64,000 nucleotides of DNA from an uncultured Armatimonadetes bacterium (GCA_963717145.1 OY970325.1:992001-1056000), one strand, 5' to 3'. Shown: positions 29,627 to 38,933, counted from the stretch's first letter. Notes: generated from the sequence alone by a model not told the origin. Numbers and translations are program-made.

Positions 29627-30640
29627 CTATGCCCGACGCCGTCTGATGCCCAGGAGTCCTACCAGTCCCCCAGCCAATGCGATGAGCGATGACGGCTCAG
29701 GGACTGCGGAGACACGGAACCCGACAATGCTCGCCTCCGGCGGCCAGAAGGTGTAGCGCCGTGATGCCTGGAGGTAGATGACCTGGTGAGTGAACGAGCC
29801 GCCGCGGGTAAGGCGAAAGGTGTAATCCCCGTCGATAGACAGAATAGCCTCGTTCCACTCCGATACATTGCCACTCTGGTCGAACGTGCCATAGGGACTT
29901 TCGGAGTTCTGGAACTCACCGACCTCGGTCCGGTAGTACGGACTACCGATAAGGAGGCTGTTGCTGTAATAGTTGGCATTGTTGCCTGAGGCGTCGGCCA
30001 TGTCCCGACCCGGGGCCGTGTCGCTGCTCGTGGGATACAGCCAGTACCCGGCGCTGGTACTGCCGCCCTTGTAGTATGCAGCCTTATACCACTCGTCCTC
30101 GCTCGTCACAGCCCAGTTCCATCCTGCGTTGCGCTGGATGGCGCGCCCATCAGTGCCGTTGTAGCCGTTGAGTGTGTAGGCCCCATCCTCGGTGGTCAAC
30201 GCGTTCTGCAACCCTGTGGGCTGGCCGTTACCGAGCCAGTTGGCGAACCGGCACGAGTCCCAATAGCCAACGAAGTTCACAGGCCTGTTCGCCCAGTCGG
30301 AGGCTACGCTGTAGGTGTAGCTGCCGGAACTGCCGCTGCGCTTTATGTTGCAGCCATAGGGGTCGTTCACCGTGTCCATGTAAGTGTTGTACAGGCCGTA
30401 TGTGTCGGTGGCTGCCACGGCGTTGAGGAATGCGGTGTACTGTCCGGCGGTCACTTCATACTTGCCGATGTTGTACTTGTAGCCCACAGAGCCGTAGCCG
30501 GTAGTGCCATCATTCATTACCCGGGTGTCAGGCGCATTCCCCGAGTCAGCAACGTAAACGGTTTCGATGTCGATCGCCTGAGCGGCGAGTCCCATACCCA
30601 GCAGCACGATCGCCGCTGTTACTGCGAATAAGCTATTCAT
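29627..30640 (-). CDS. FGE/SUMF1-fold PEP-CTERM surface protein, copy C
   Basis: Same motifs as copy F; intact ORF. Confidence 0.9.
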   Translation of the reverse strand: MNSLFAVTAAIVLLGMGLAAQAIDIETVYVADSGNAPDTRVMNDGTTGYGSVGYKYNIGKYEVTAGQYTAFLNAVAATDTYGLYNTYMDTVNDPYGCNIKRSGSSGSYTYSVASDWANRPVNFVGYWDSCRFANWLGNGQPTGLQNALTTEDGAYTLNGYNGTDGRAIQRNAGWNWAVTSEDEWYKAAYYKGGSTSAGYWLYPTSSDTAPGRDMADASGNNANYYSNSLLIGSPYYRTEVGEFQNSESPYGTFDQSGNVSEWNEAILSIDGDYTFRLTRGGSFTHQVIYLQASRRYTFWPPEASIVGFRVSAVPEPSSLIALAGGLVGLLGIRRRRA

Positions 30641-30704
30641 CCTTTTCCCTCCAGAGTGTTGTGGCCTGGCCGTGCGGAGTCTATTGCCCGCTTGCGGCAA
30701 AGGG

Positions 30705-31709
30705 CTATGCCCGACGCCGTCTCATGCCCAGGAGTCCTACCAGTCCCCCAGCCAATGCGATAAGCGACGACGGCTCAGGAACCGCGGAGACACGGAACCC
30801 GAGATGGAGGCCCTCGTACGTCGGGTCGCTGGTACTCCAGATCCCTGCCAAAAGGGGGAAGCTGCCGTCGTAGTTGAACGAACCGCCACGCCGGACGCGA
30901 CGGGCGCCCCACATGGCCTCGTTCCACTCCCAGACGTTGCCGCCCTGATCGAATGTGCCGTAGGGACTCTCGGAGTTCTGGAACTCGCCGGCGACTGTAA
31001 AGTACTTGCCGGAGTCGATGGGGTAGGTGCCAGAGCCATAGCCAGGGTAGTAGTAGAGTTGGCGTTGTTACCGAAGGCGTCGGCCATGTCATTACCCGGG
31101 GCCGTGTCGCTGCTCGTGGGATAATCCCAGTATCCGGCGCTGGTACTGCCACCCTTGTAGTACGCAGCCTTATACCATTCGTTCTCGCTGGTGATCGCCC
31201 ACCTCCAGTCCGCCTCGCGGTTGACCGCCATAAGCTGGGCATCCGTCGTCGCGCCGTTGAGGTAGTACGCCCCGTCCTCGGTAGTCGCCAAGCCCTGTAC
31301 GCCCGTCGGCTGGCCGTTGTGCAGCCAGTTGGCGAAACGGGCCGAATCGCCCCAAGAAACGTAATTCACCGGCCGGTTCGCCCAGTCGGAGGCCACGCTG
31401 TAGGTGTAGCTGCCGGATGCGCCGCTGCGCTTGATCTTGCAGCCATAGGAGTCGTTCACCGTGTCCATGTACGTGTTGTACAGCCCGTAGGTGTCGGTGA
31501 CGGCCACGGCGTTGAGGAACTCGGTGTACTGTCCGGCGGTCACTTCGTACTTGCCGATGTTGTAGTTGTAGCCGACCGAGCCGTAGCCGGTGGTGTCGGC
31601 CTGCATTGCCTGCATCGCCCACCGTGACGGTGTCGATGTCGATCGCCTGAGCGGCAATAGTCATACCCAGCAGCACGAGCGCCGCCGTTACTGCGAATAA
31701 CCTCTTCAT
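30705..31709 (-). pseudogene. FGE/PEP-CTERM copy B, frameshifted (pseudogene or assembly error)
   Basis: Homology split across three frames; indels near 31600 and 31055. Confidence 0.7.
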
Positions 31710-31773
31710 CCTTTTCCCTCCAAAGTGTTGTGGCCTGGCCGCGCGGATTCTAGTGCCCGCTTGCGGCAAACGG

Positions 31774-32796
31774 CTATGCCCGACGCCGTCTCATGCCCAG
31801 GAGTCCTACCAGTCCCCCAGCCAATGCGATGAGCGATGACGGCTCAGGGACTGCGGAGACACGGAACCCGATGCCGATGTCCTCGAGGAGCGGGTTGACG
31901 TTGCCGCGGAACGACGACTGCAGGGAGTTGCCGTTGCCGATGAACGAACCACCGCGCAGGCCGCGATAAGCGTCATAAAGCAAAGCCTCGTTCCACTCCC
32001 ACACGTTGCCGCCCTGATCGAACGTGCCATAAGGGCTGTCGGAGTTCTGGAACTCGCCGGCGATCGTGGTGTACTTGCCGGAGTCGATGGGGTAGGCGCC
32101 ATTGCCCGTCCAATAGTTGGCGTTGTTGCCGGAGGCGTCGGCCATGTCCCGACCCGGGGCCGTGTCGCTGCTCGTGGGAAACTCCCAGTATCCCGCGTTG
32201 GTACTGCCGCCCTTGTAGTATGCAGCCTTATACCACTCGTCCTCGCTGGTGATCGCCCACGTCCAGCCTGCCTTGCGCGTTACGGCATTCAGTGCGGCAC
32301 TGGTCGTTGCGCCATTGAGGTAGTACGCCCCGTCCTCGGTGGTCGCCAGGCCCTGTGCGCCCGTCGGCTGGCCGTTGTGCAGCCAGTTGGCGAACCGCGC
32401 AGAGTCGCCCCAGGAGACGTAGTTGACCGGGCGGTTGACGAAGTCAGTCGCCACCGAGTAGGTGTAGCTGCCGGAAGAGCCACCCCGCGTGATCCCGCTC
32501 CCATAGTCGGTACGCGACATGTCCGCGTTGTAGAGCGCGTACGTGTCGGTGGCTGCTACGGCATTGAGGAACGCTGTGTACTGCCCGGCGGTTACTTCAT
32601 ACTTGCCGATGTTGTAGCTGTAGCTCACGGAGCCGCAGATTCTGTCCGGGCCATATCCCCCGGCCCCTGCGCCGGACAGCTCCCCTGCGTTTCCCGCGTT
32701 GCCGACGGGAACGGTCTCGATCGTGATGTCCGCCTGGGCGGACAATCCCATACCCAGCAGCACGAGCGCCGCCGTTACGGCAAAGACCTTATTCAT
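31774..32796 (-). CDS. FGE/SUMF1-fold PEP-CTERM surface protein, copy A (promoter-proximal)
   Basis: Same motifs as copy F; intact ORF. Confidence 0.9.
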   Translation of the reverse strand: MNKVFAVTAALVLLGMGLSAQADITIETVPVGNAGNAGELSGAGAGGYGPDRICGSVSYSYNIGKYEVTAGQYTAFLNAVAATDTYALYNADMSRTDYGSGITRGGSSGSYTYSVATDFVNRPVNYVSWGDSARFANWLHNGQPTGAQGLATTEDGAYYLNGATTSAALNAVTRKAGWTWAITSEDEWYKAAYYKGGSTNAGYWEFPTSSDTAPGRDMADASGNNANYWTGNGAYPIDSGKYTTIAGEFQNSDSPYGTFDQGGNVWEWNEALLYDAYRGLRGGSFIGNGNSLQSSFRGNVNPLLEDIGIGFRVSAVPEPSSLIALAGGLVGLLGMRRRRA

Positions 32797-32866
32797 CCTT
32801 TTCCTCCATTGCGCTGTAGCGGGCGGCTGCTCTTACGGCGGCCTGCCATCAGTCATAGTCTGTACT

Positions 32867-32894
32867 ATTTTACACAGCCACCCAAATGTGTCAA
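32867..32894 (-). promoter_or_regulatory. Sigma70-type promoter at the head of the PEP-CTERM array
   Basis: Minus strand TTGACA-16 bp-TAAAAT. Confidence 0.65.
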
Positions 32895-33040
32895 GAAGAA
32901 ACATGCGCGTAATCCGGAAACTGAGCGTGGCGACGCTCAAAAACTGGTACTATTACCTGGTTACCGTGTTCAACTCCAGACAGACTCAGGCTCTCGGTTC
33001 CGGTCCCCGAACACCCAGCACCCTCCGCCGCTCCCGCCGG

Positions 33041-33069
33041 TTGCGGATCACCCATCGGTGTGATATAAT
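33041..33069 (+). promoter_or_regulatory. Sigma70-type promoter for the endonuclease III gene
   Basis: TTGCGG-17 bp-TATAAT with extended TGn. Confidence 0.6.
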
Positions 33070-33093
33070 CGGCGAAACTGGAGTTCGCTCAGC

Positions 33094-33759
33094 ATGGATC
33101 GAATTGCGGATATATGCGCCTTGCTCGATGGGGAGTACGGGCGGCCTGATACCAAACCGAGGTATGGGCCGCTTGACGAGTTTATACTGACCATTCTCTC
33201 GCAGAACACATCCGCGGCGAACTACACCACAGCGTTCGATCGGCTTCGCGAGCAGTTCCCCGAATGGGAAACCGCCAGGACGGCTCAGGTCGATCAGATC
33301 GAGGCTGCAATCCGTCCCGGCGGCCTGGCGAGGATCAAAGCGCCGAGGATTAAGCAGGCGCTGAACGATATCATGGAGCGCACCGGAGCGCTGAGCCTCG
33401 ACTTCCTGGCCGAGATGCCGGATAACGATGCGCGAGAGTATCTCATGCGGTTCGATGGAGTCGGCATCAAGACCGCGTCGTGCGTGCTGATGTTCTCGCT
33501 CAACAGGCCGGTACTGCCGGTGGATACGCACGTGCATCGGATATCCCAGCGCCTGGGGCTGATCGGGAAGCGTGAATCAGCGGAGTCAGCGCACCACACT
33601 CTGCAGGCGATGGTTCCGGACGATCTGGTATACTCGTTCCACGTGAATGTCGTGACTCATGGCCGCAGAGTCTGTAAGGCGCAGAGCCCATTGTGCGATG
33701 CATGCGTGCTGCTTCACATCTGCGGTCACGGGCAAATGCTGCTGTCGGGAAGTACATGA
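33094..33759 (+). CDS. Endonuclease III-like HhH-GPD glycosylase
   Basis: TILSQNT, GVGIKTA, PVDTHV, CKAQSPLCDACVLLHIC Fe-S motif. Confidence 0.9.
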   Translation: MDRIADICALLDGEYGRPDTKPRYGPLDEFILTILSQNTSAANYTTAFDRLREQFPEWETARTAQVDQIEAAIRPGGLARIKAPRIKQALNDIMERTGALSLDFLAEMPDNDAREYLMRFDGVGIKTASCVLMFSLNRPVLPVDTHVHRISQRLGLIGKRESAESAHHTLQAMVPDDLVYSFHVNVVTHGRRVCKAQSPLCDACVLLHICGHGQMLLSGST

Positions 33760-33785
33760 ATACCTCGGGTTAAGGAGCAGACGTA

Positions 33786-34043
33786 ATGAACGAAAAGACT
33801 CAGGAGCCACAGGAAGATTTCATCGCCGTTTTCGCTGCGACGGATGAAACCACAGCGAACATAGTGAGTGCGGCGCTCGAGGCTGAGGGCATATCGGTAG
33901 TCGTGCGCCCAATGCACACATCCTGGCTTGACGGCATGATGGTCCCCGCTGAGGGACTGTGGGGCGAACTGCTCGTGCCGGAAGCCGATGCGGAACGCGC
34001 TGCCGCGGTCCTGGCCGAGTACGGCGACGGTATCAAGCCATAG
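33786..34043 (+). CDS. DUF2007-like small protein
   Basis: ANIVSAALEAEGI..LLVPEADAERA pattern; AAGGAG RBS. Confidence 0.7.
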   Translation: MNEKTQEPQEDFIAVFAATDETTANIVSAALEAEGISVVVRPMHTSWLDGMMVPAEGLWGELLVPEADAERAAAVLAEYGDGIKP

Positions 34044-34100
34044 TTTGGATCCGCCGCGCATGCCGGCTGAACAATGCCATGTAGAGGGTTGGTGTAACAA

Positions 34101-35531
34101 ATGCCTAAGGAGATCGCGCCTCGTGAGGAGATGCCTCGTCAGTCGCCTCAGGAACGCGCTCGCAATTTCGATGAAGTAGCTCTCGGTTACGACGAAGACC
34201 AGGTCGTGCGCGAGGCAAAGCGGTGTCTCGGATGCAAGAAGAGTCCATGCGTGGCGGGGTGTCCCGTCGGAGTCGACATTCCGGGGATAGTTCGGTTGGT
34301 CGCCGAGGAGAAGTTCCCTGAGGCCGCCGCACTCCTCAAGATGACGAATGCCCTTCCCGCTATCTGCGGACGAGTGTGTCCCCAGGAGGAGCAGTGTGAG
34401 AAGCTCTGCCTGGTCGGCAAGCTCGGTGAACCGGTCGCCATCGGGCGGATCGAGCGGTTCATCGCCGACTGGGAAGCCGCACACAAGGAGCTTGCCGGGT
34501 TGTGTGAAGTGACGCGCGAGCCGCCGCCCGCCTATCATCTCGCGAAAGTTGCCGTGATCGGCGCCGGGCCTGCGGGACTGACCGCCGCGGGGGAGCTTGC
34601 TTGCCTCGGTTATGACGTCACTGTGTTCGAGGCTTTACATGAACCAGGCGGAGTGCTCACATACGGCATCCCGAATTTCCGTCTGCCCAGAGACATTTTG
34701 CGCAGAGAAGTCGAGTACGTCGAATCGCTCGGCGTCGAACTCCAGTCCAACGTTGTCATCGGCAAGACGCTCACTCTGCAGGACCTCTTCGATACGGGCT
34801 ACAGCGCCGTGTTCATCGGCACGGGCGCGGGCTTGCCCCAGTTCCTCAACATTCCGGGCGAAAACCTGAATGGTGTCTACTCCGCGAACGAGTTCCTGAC
34901 ACGAGTCAACCTGATGCACGCGCGGCACTTCCCGGACCATCCCACGCCTGTCCGACTCGGGAAGAAGGTCGCGGTGTTCGGCGCGGGCAATGTCGCGATG
35001 GATGGAGCGAGATGCTCCCTTCGCCTGGGAGCAGAGGAAGTCACGATCATCTATCGGCGGTCCCGCACCGAGATGCCCGCCCGCGAGGAGGAGATCGAGA
35101 ACGCCGAGGAAGAGGGTGTCAAGTTCCAGTTGCTCACCGCTCCCGTGCGCTTTATCGGGGATGAGGACGGATGGCTCAAGGGCGTCGAGTGCATCCGGAT
35201 GGAACTCGGGGAGCCGGACGACTCCGGGCGCAGGAGACCGGTACCCGTCGAGGGGTCGGAGTTCACCATCGAGATCGACACCGCCATAATCGCGATCGGA
35301 CAGAGCCCGAACCCGATGGTCCGCAACAGCGCGCCCGATCTGCAGACCACCAAGTGGGGCGGGATCGTGACCGATGAGGAGACCTGCGCCACGTCGATCC
35401 CCGGCGTCTATGCCGGCGGGGACGCGGTCACCGGGGCGGCCACAGTCATCACCGCGATGGGCGCGGGCAAGACGGCTGCCAAAGCGATCGACGAGTACAT
35501 CCACACCAAGATGGAGAGAGAGAAACCATAA
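34101..35531 (+). CDS. GltD/NfnB/SudA-like NADPH-dependent Fe-S flavoprotein
   Basis: RCLGC..CVAGCP, CGRVCPQEEQCE, GAGPAG, GAGNVAMD, YRRS, AGGDAVTG. Confidence 0.92.
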   Translation: MPKEIAPREEMPRQSPQERARNFDEVALGYDEDQVVREAKRCLGCKKSPCVAGCPVGVDIPGIVRLVAEEKFPEAAALLKMTNALPAICGRVCPQEEQCEKLCLVGKLGEPVAIGRIERFIADWEAAHKELAGLCEVTREPPPAYHLAKVAVIGAGPAGLTAAGELACLGYDVTVFEALHEPGGVLTYGIPNFRLPRDILRREVEYVESLGVELQSNVVIGKTLTLQDLFDTGYSAVFIGTGAGLPQFLNIPGENLNGVYSANEFLTRVNLMHARHFPDHPTPVRLGKKVAVFGAGNVAMDGARCSLRLGAEEVTIIYRRSRTEMPAREEEIENAEEEGVKFQLLTAPVRFIGDEDGWLKGVECIRMELGEPDDSGRRRPVPVEGSEFTIEIDTAIIAIGQSPNPMVRNSAPDLQTTKWGGIVTDEETCATSIPGVYAGGDAVTGAATVITAMGAGKTAAKAIDEYIHTKMEREKP

Positions 35532-35550
35532 GCTACCAGGAGGCCCAGCT

Positions 35551-36630
35551 ATGCCAAAGCTTTACGCTCAATCCTATACAAAGGAACAGATTCTTCAGAG
35601 GGTAGGAGATATCTCCCAGATCGGGGGAGTCCGACTCCAAACGCGCGCGGACGGAGTCGAACGCGGTGTCCGGACGGCGGATTTTCGGACCGGCACAGGA
35701 TTGGATTTCTCTGTACTGATCGACCGTGGACTCGATATCTCGACCGCTGAGTACTGCGGGCAGGCGCTCGCGTGGAGATCGGCTACGGCGGACCGGTCGC
35801 CGGCATACTTCGAGGAGCCGGGGCTCGGATGGTTGAGGAGCTTCTACGGCGGGCTGGTCGTGACGTGCGGACTGACATACGCGGGCGCTCCGACGACCGA
35901 TCAGGGCAAGCCGCTCGGCCTCCACGGGCGAGTCTCCAACACGCCGGCGACCAACGTCTATGCGGACGGGGAGTGGCAGGGCGACGACTACGTCATGTGG
36001 GTACAGGGCAAGGTCCGCGAGGCGATCGTCTTCGGCGAGAACATCGAGATGACCCGCAGGATCACCGCAAAGCTCGGCGAGTCCAGGATATGGATTCACG
36101 ATAAGGTCACGAACATGGGCCACAAGGATACCGAGCACATGATCCTGTACCACATCAACATCGGCTTCCCGGTGATCGACGAGGGCGGGCGGCTGATCGG
36201 CCCCATCAAGGGGTATCAGCCCAGGGACGATGACGCCATGATCGAAAAGGAGAAGTACGCCGATTTCCCCGCGCCGACTGTCGGCTTTCGGGAGAGGGTC
36301 TACTACCTCGACATGGTTGCCGACAAGAATGGCGATGTCTCGGCGGCACTCGTGAATCCCAACTTCCGAGGCGGCCAGGGGTTCGGCGTCTACATCAAGT
36401 ACCCGAAGAAGGAACTCCCCGAGTTCACCGAGTGGAAGATGAACGACGCCGGCACGTATGTCGTCGGTATGGAGCCCGCGAATTGCCGGGTCGAAGGACG
36501 GGACAAGGAGCGCGCGCGCGGGGCGCTTCAGTTCCTCAAGCCGGGAGAGACCCGGGAATACCACCTCGAGATCGGGCTGCTGAACTCGCCGGAGGACGTA
36601 AAGGCCTTCGAGGCTCAGGTCGCCGTTTGA
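35551..36630 (+). CDS. Aldose 1-epimerase-like protein (DUF4432)
   Basis: DRGLDI, TCGL..AGAP, LHGRVSN, LYHINIG, GMEP. Confidence 0.82.
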   Translation: MPKLYAQSYTKEQILQRVGDISQIGGVRLQTRADGVERGVRTADFRTGTGLDFSVLIDRGLDISTAEYCGQALAWRSATADRSPAYFEEPGLGWLRSFYGGLVVTCGLTYAGAPTTDQGKPLGLHGRVSNTPATNVYADGEWQGDDYVMWVQGKVREAIVFGENIEMTRRITAKLGESRIWIHDKVTNMGHKDTEHMILYHINIGFPVIDEGGRLIGPIKGYQPRDDDAMIEKEKYADFPAPTVGFRERVYYLDMVADKNGDVSAALVNPNFRGGQGFGVYIKYPKKELPEFTEWKMNDAGTYVVGMEPANCRVEGRDKERARGALQFLKPGETREYHLEIGLLNSPEDVKAFEAQVAV

Positions 36631-36679
36631 CACCAATTCGGGTGCAGTGCTAGACTGACTTCAGCCTCGATGGTGCTCC

Positions 36680-36744
36680 GTAGGGGCGATCCTTCAACGG
36701 TCGCCCGGTTCGTCGCTGGGCGACCGTTGAAGGATCGCCCCTAC
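36680..36744. repeat. GTAG REP doublet
   Basis: GTAGGGGCGATCCTTCAACGGTCGCCC plus its exact reverse complement. Confidence 0.92.
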
Positions 36745-36770
36745 GGAGCACCAACAAGGCTGAAGGTGAT

Positions 36771-38213
36771 ATGGCATACAAAGATCTACACGACTTCATA
36801 GCGCACCTGGACAAGGCCGGGCAGCTCAAACGCATCGGCATGGAACTCAGTCCCGTCCTCGAGATCCCTGAGGTCGCCGACCGCGTCATGCGCGACATCG
36901 GCCCCGCGCTCCTCTTCGAGCATCCGACCGGCTCGGACATCCCCGTGCTGATCAACGCCATGGGTTCGACCGAGCGCATGGCGATGGCGCTTGGGGTCGA
37001 TTCCGTCGAGGAGATCGCCAGGGAGATCGAGGCGCTCCTGCATATCGAACCGCCGCAAACCGTCATCGGCAAGTTGGCGATGATTCCGAAGTACGGCAAG
37101 CTCGCCTCCTATATGCCGAAGACGGTCAGGTCTGCCCATTGCCAGGAGGTCGTCAAGACCGACGATGCCTCGCTCGACGAGCTTCCCATCCTGCACTGCT
37201 GGCCAGGCGATGGTGGCAGGTTCATCACGCTGCCAATGGTTTTCTCCAAGGATCCTCATACCCGAGCGCGCAATGTCGGAATGTATCGCATGCACGTGTA
37301 CGACGAGAAGACAACCGGCATGCACTGGCATCCGAACAAGGTCGGCGCGCGGCACTACGCCGAGTTCGAGCGCCTCGGTCGGCGGATGGAGGTCGCCGTT
37401 GCGCTCGGTGGCGACCCTGCGATCACCTATTCGGCGACCGCACCGCTCCCTGAGGATTTCGACGAGATGATATTCGCCGGATTCCTGCGGAAATCCCCGG
37501 TCGAACTCGTGAAGTGCAAGACCGTCGACATTGAGGTCCCTGCCGACTCTGAGATCGTAATCGAGGGATACGTCGATCCGTGCGAACGGCGGACGGAAGG
37601 CCCATTCGGCGATCATACAGGTTACTACTCGCTCGCTGATCAGTTCCCCGTGTTCCACGTGACCTGCATCACGCGCAGGAAGAACGCGATCTATCCGGCG
37701 ACGATCGTCGGCAGGCCGCCCAAGGAAGACTGCTTCATGGCGAAGGCCACCGAGCGGATCTTCCTGCCGCTCATCCGCATGCAGTTGCCTGAGATGGTGG
37801 ATATCAACCTCCCTATCGAGGGCGTATTTCACAATATCGCAATCGTCAGCATCCGGAAGCGGTACCCCGGTCATGCCCGCAAAGTCATGCATGCCCTCTG
37901 GGGAATGGGCCAGATGGCCTTTACCAAGATCATCATCGTCGTCGATGAGCACGTCGATGTTCAGGACATGAAACAGGTGATCTGGCGGGTAGGAAACAAT
38001 GTCAGCCCGAAGCGTGACATAGAGTTCGTCCAGGGGCCGCTCGACATTCTGGATCACGCGTCCATCAAGTCCGGGTACGGTAGCAAGATGGGGATCGATG
38101 CCACGAAGAAGGTGCCGATCGAGGGGCATACGCGCGAATGGCCGGATGAGATCGTCATGAGCCCGGATGTCGTCCGCAAGATCGACTCCATCTGGGATGA
38201 ACTGATGAAATGA
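36771..38213 (+). CDS. ubiD: UbiD-family decarboxylase (menaquinone, futalosine pathway)
   Basis: DGGRFIT, NVGMYR, EGPFGDHTGYY, KMGIDAT. Confidence 0.92.
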   Translation: MAYKDLHDFIAHLDKAGQLKRIGMELSPVLEIPEVADRVMRDIGPALLFEHPTGSDIPVLINAMGSTERMAMALGVDSVEEIAREIEALLHIEPPQTVIGKLAMIPKYGKLASYMPKTVRSAHCQEVVKTDDASLDELPILHCWPGDGGRFITLPMVFSKDPHTRARNVGMYRMHVYDEKTTGMHWHPNKVGARHYAEFERLGRRMEVAVALGGDPAITYSATAPLPEDFDEMIFAGFLRKSPVELVKCKTVDIEVPADSEIVIEGYVDPCERRTEGPFGDHTGYYSLADQFPVFHVTCITRRKNAIYPATIVGRPPKEDCFMAKATERIFLPLIRMQLPEMVDINLPIEGVFHNIAIVSIRKRYPGHARKVMHALWGMGQMAFTKIIIVVDEHVDVQDMKQVIWRVGNNVSPKRDIEFVQGPLDILDHASIKSGYGSKMGIDATKKVPIEGHTREWPDEIVMSPDVVRKIDSIWDELMK

Positions 38214-38229
38214 AGCAGGTCCCATTCCC

Positions 38230-38293
38230 GTAGGGGCGATCCTTCAACGGTCGCCCCAGATCTGTCGGGCGACCGTTGAAGGATCGCCCCTAC
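38230..38293. repeat. GTAG REP doublet
   Basis: Same 27-mer and reverse complement as at 36680. Confidence 0.92.
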
Positions 38294-38323
38294 GGGAATG
38301 GTGGCAGGTTATGGATATTCCAT

Positions 38324-38929
38324 ATGAGTATGAACCGAAGTCTGATAGTCGCGATCACCGGTGCGAGCGGCAGTATCTATGCCGTTCGATTTCTCGAGAG
38401 TATTCTGGAGCACTACGATCGCATCTATCTGACCGTCTCAGAGAATGCGGCGCCCGTCATCCGCACTGAGTTGGGAATCGACCTCCTCGGCGATGCCATC
38501 GACGCTCGGACATTCCTCGGGCGGGACTGCGACAAGATCGAGATGTGCTCCCCGCGTGACCTGTGTGCTCCTCCAGCCAGCGGATCGGTCCGATCTGATG
38601 GCATGGTGATTATCCCCTGCTCGATGGGCACTGCCGGTCGGATCGCCTCGGGCATATCGAACGACCTGACGACTCGCGCCGCCAACGTCTGCCTCAAGGA
38701 GCGCAGAAAGCTCATCATGGTGGTCCGCGAGACTCCCCTGAACCTCATCCACTTGCGCAACCTGACCCAACTGGCGGAGGCCGGTGCGACCATCCTGCCG
38801 GCATCGCCCGCGTTCTACACGAATCCCAAGACGATCGAGGATATGGTCGAGTTCGTAGTCGCCAGAGTGATGCAGCAACTCGGACTCAGGCATCCCCACG
38901 CGCCTGAGTGGCATGGGATCGAGGAGTAG
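38324..38929 (+). CDS. ubiX: Flavin prenyltransferase
   Basis: AITGASG, ASGS, PCSMGT, LKERRKL..RETP, PAFY. Confidence 0.93.
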   Translation: MSMNRSLIVAITGASGSIYAVRFLESILEHYDRIYLTVSENAAPVIRTELGIDLLGDAIDARTFLGRDCDKIEMCSPRDLCAPPASGSVRSDGMVIIPCSMGTAGRIASGISNDLTTRAANVCLKERRKLIMVVRETPLNLIHLRNLTQLAEAGATILPASPAFYTNPKTIEDMVEFVVARVMQQLGLRHPHAPEWHGIEE

Positions 38930-38933
38930 CGGA

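Larger units (their letters stand above)
27341..31773 (-). repeat. Five near-identical 64-bp intergenic spacers (27341-27404, 28455-28518, 29563-29626, 30641-30704, 31710-31773)
   Basis: Direct comparison: copies 1 and 5 identical, 2 and 3 identical, 4 differs from 2/3 at 3 positions. Confidence 0.93.

Noticed and set aside
27341-31773. 64-bp spacers as CRISPR repeats or integron attC sites
   Set aside because: Units are ~1.1 kb paralogous genes, there are no cas or intI genes, and no RYYYAAC/GTTRRRY paired boxes were seen
26318-32796. Calling the array formylglycine-generating enzymes or a complete DGR
   Set aside because: The catalytic Cys pair after RGGS is absent, and no RT, Avd or template repeat is in the window
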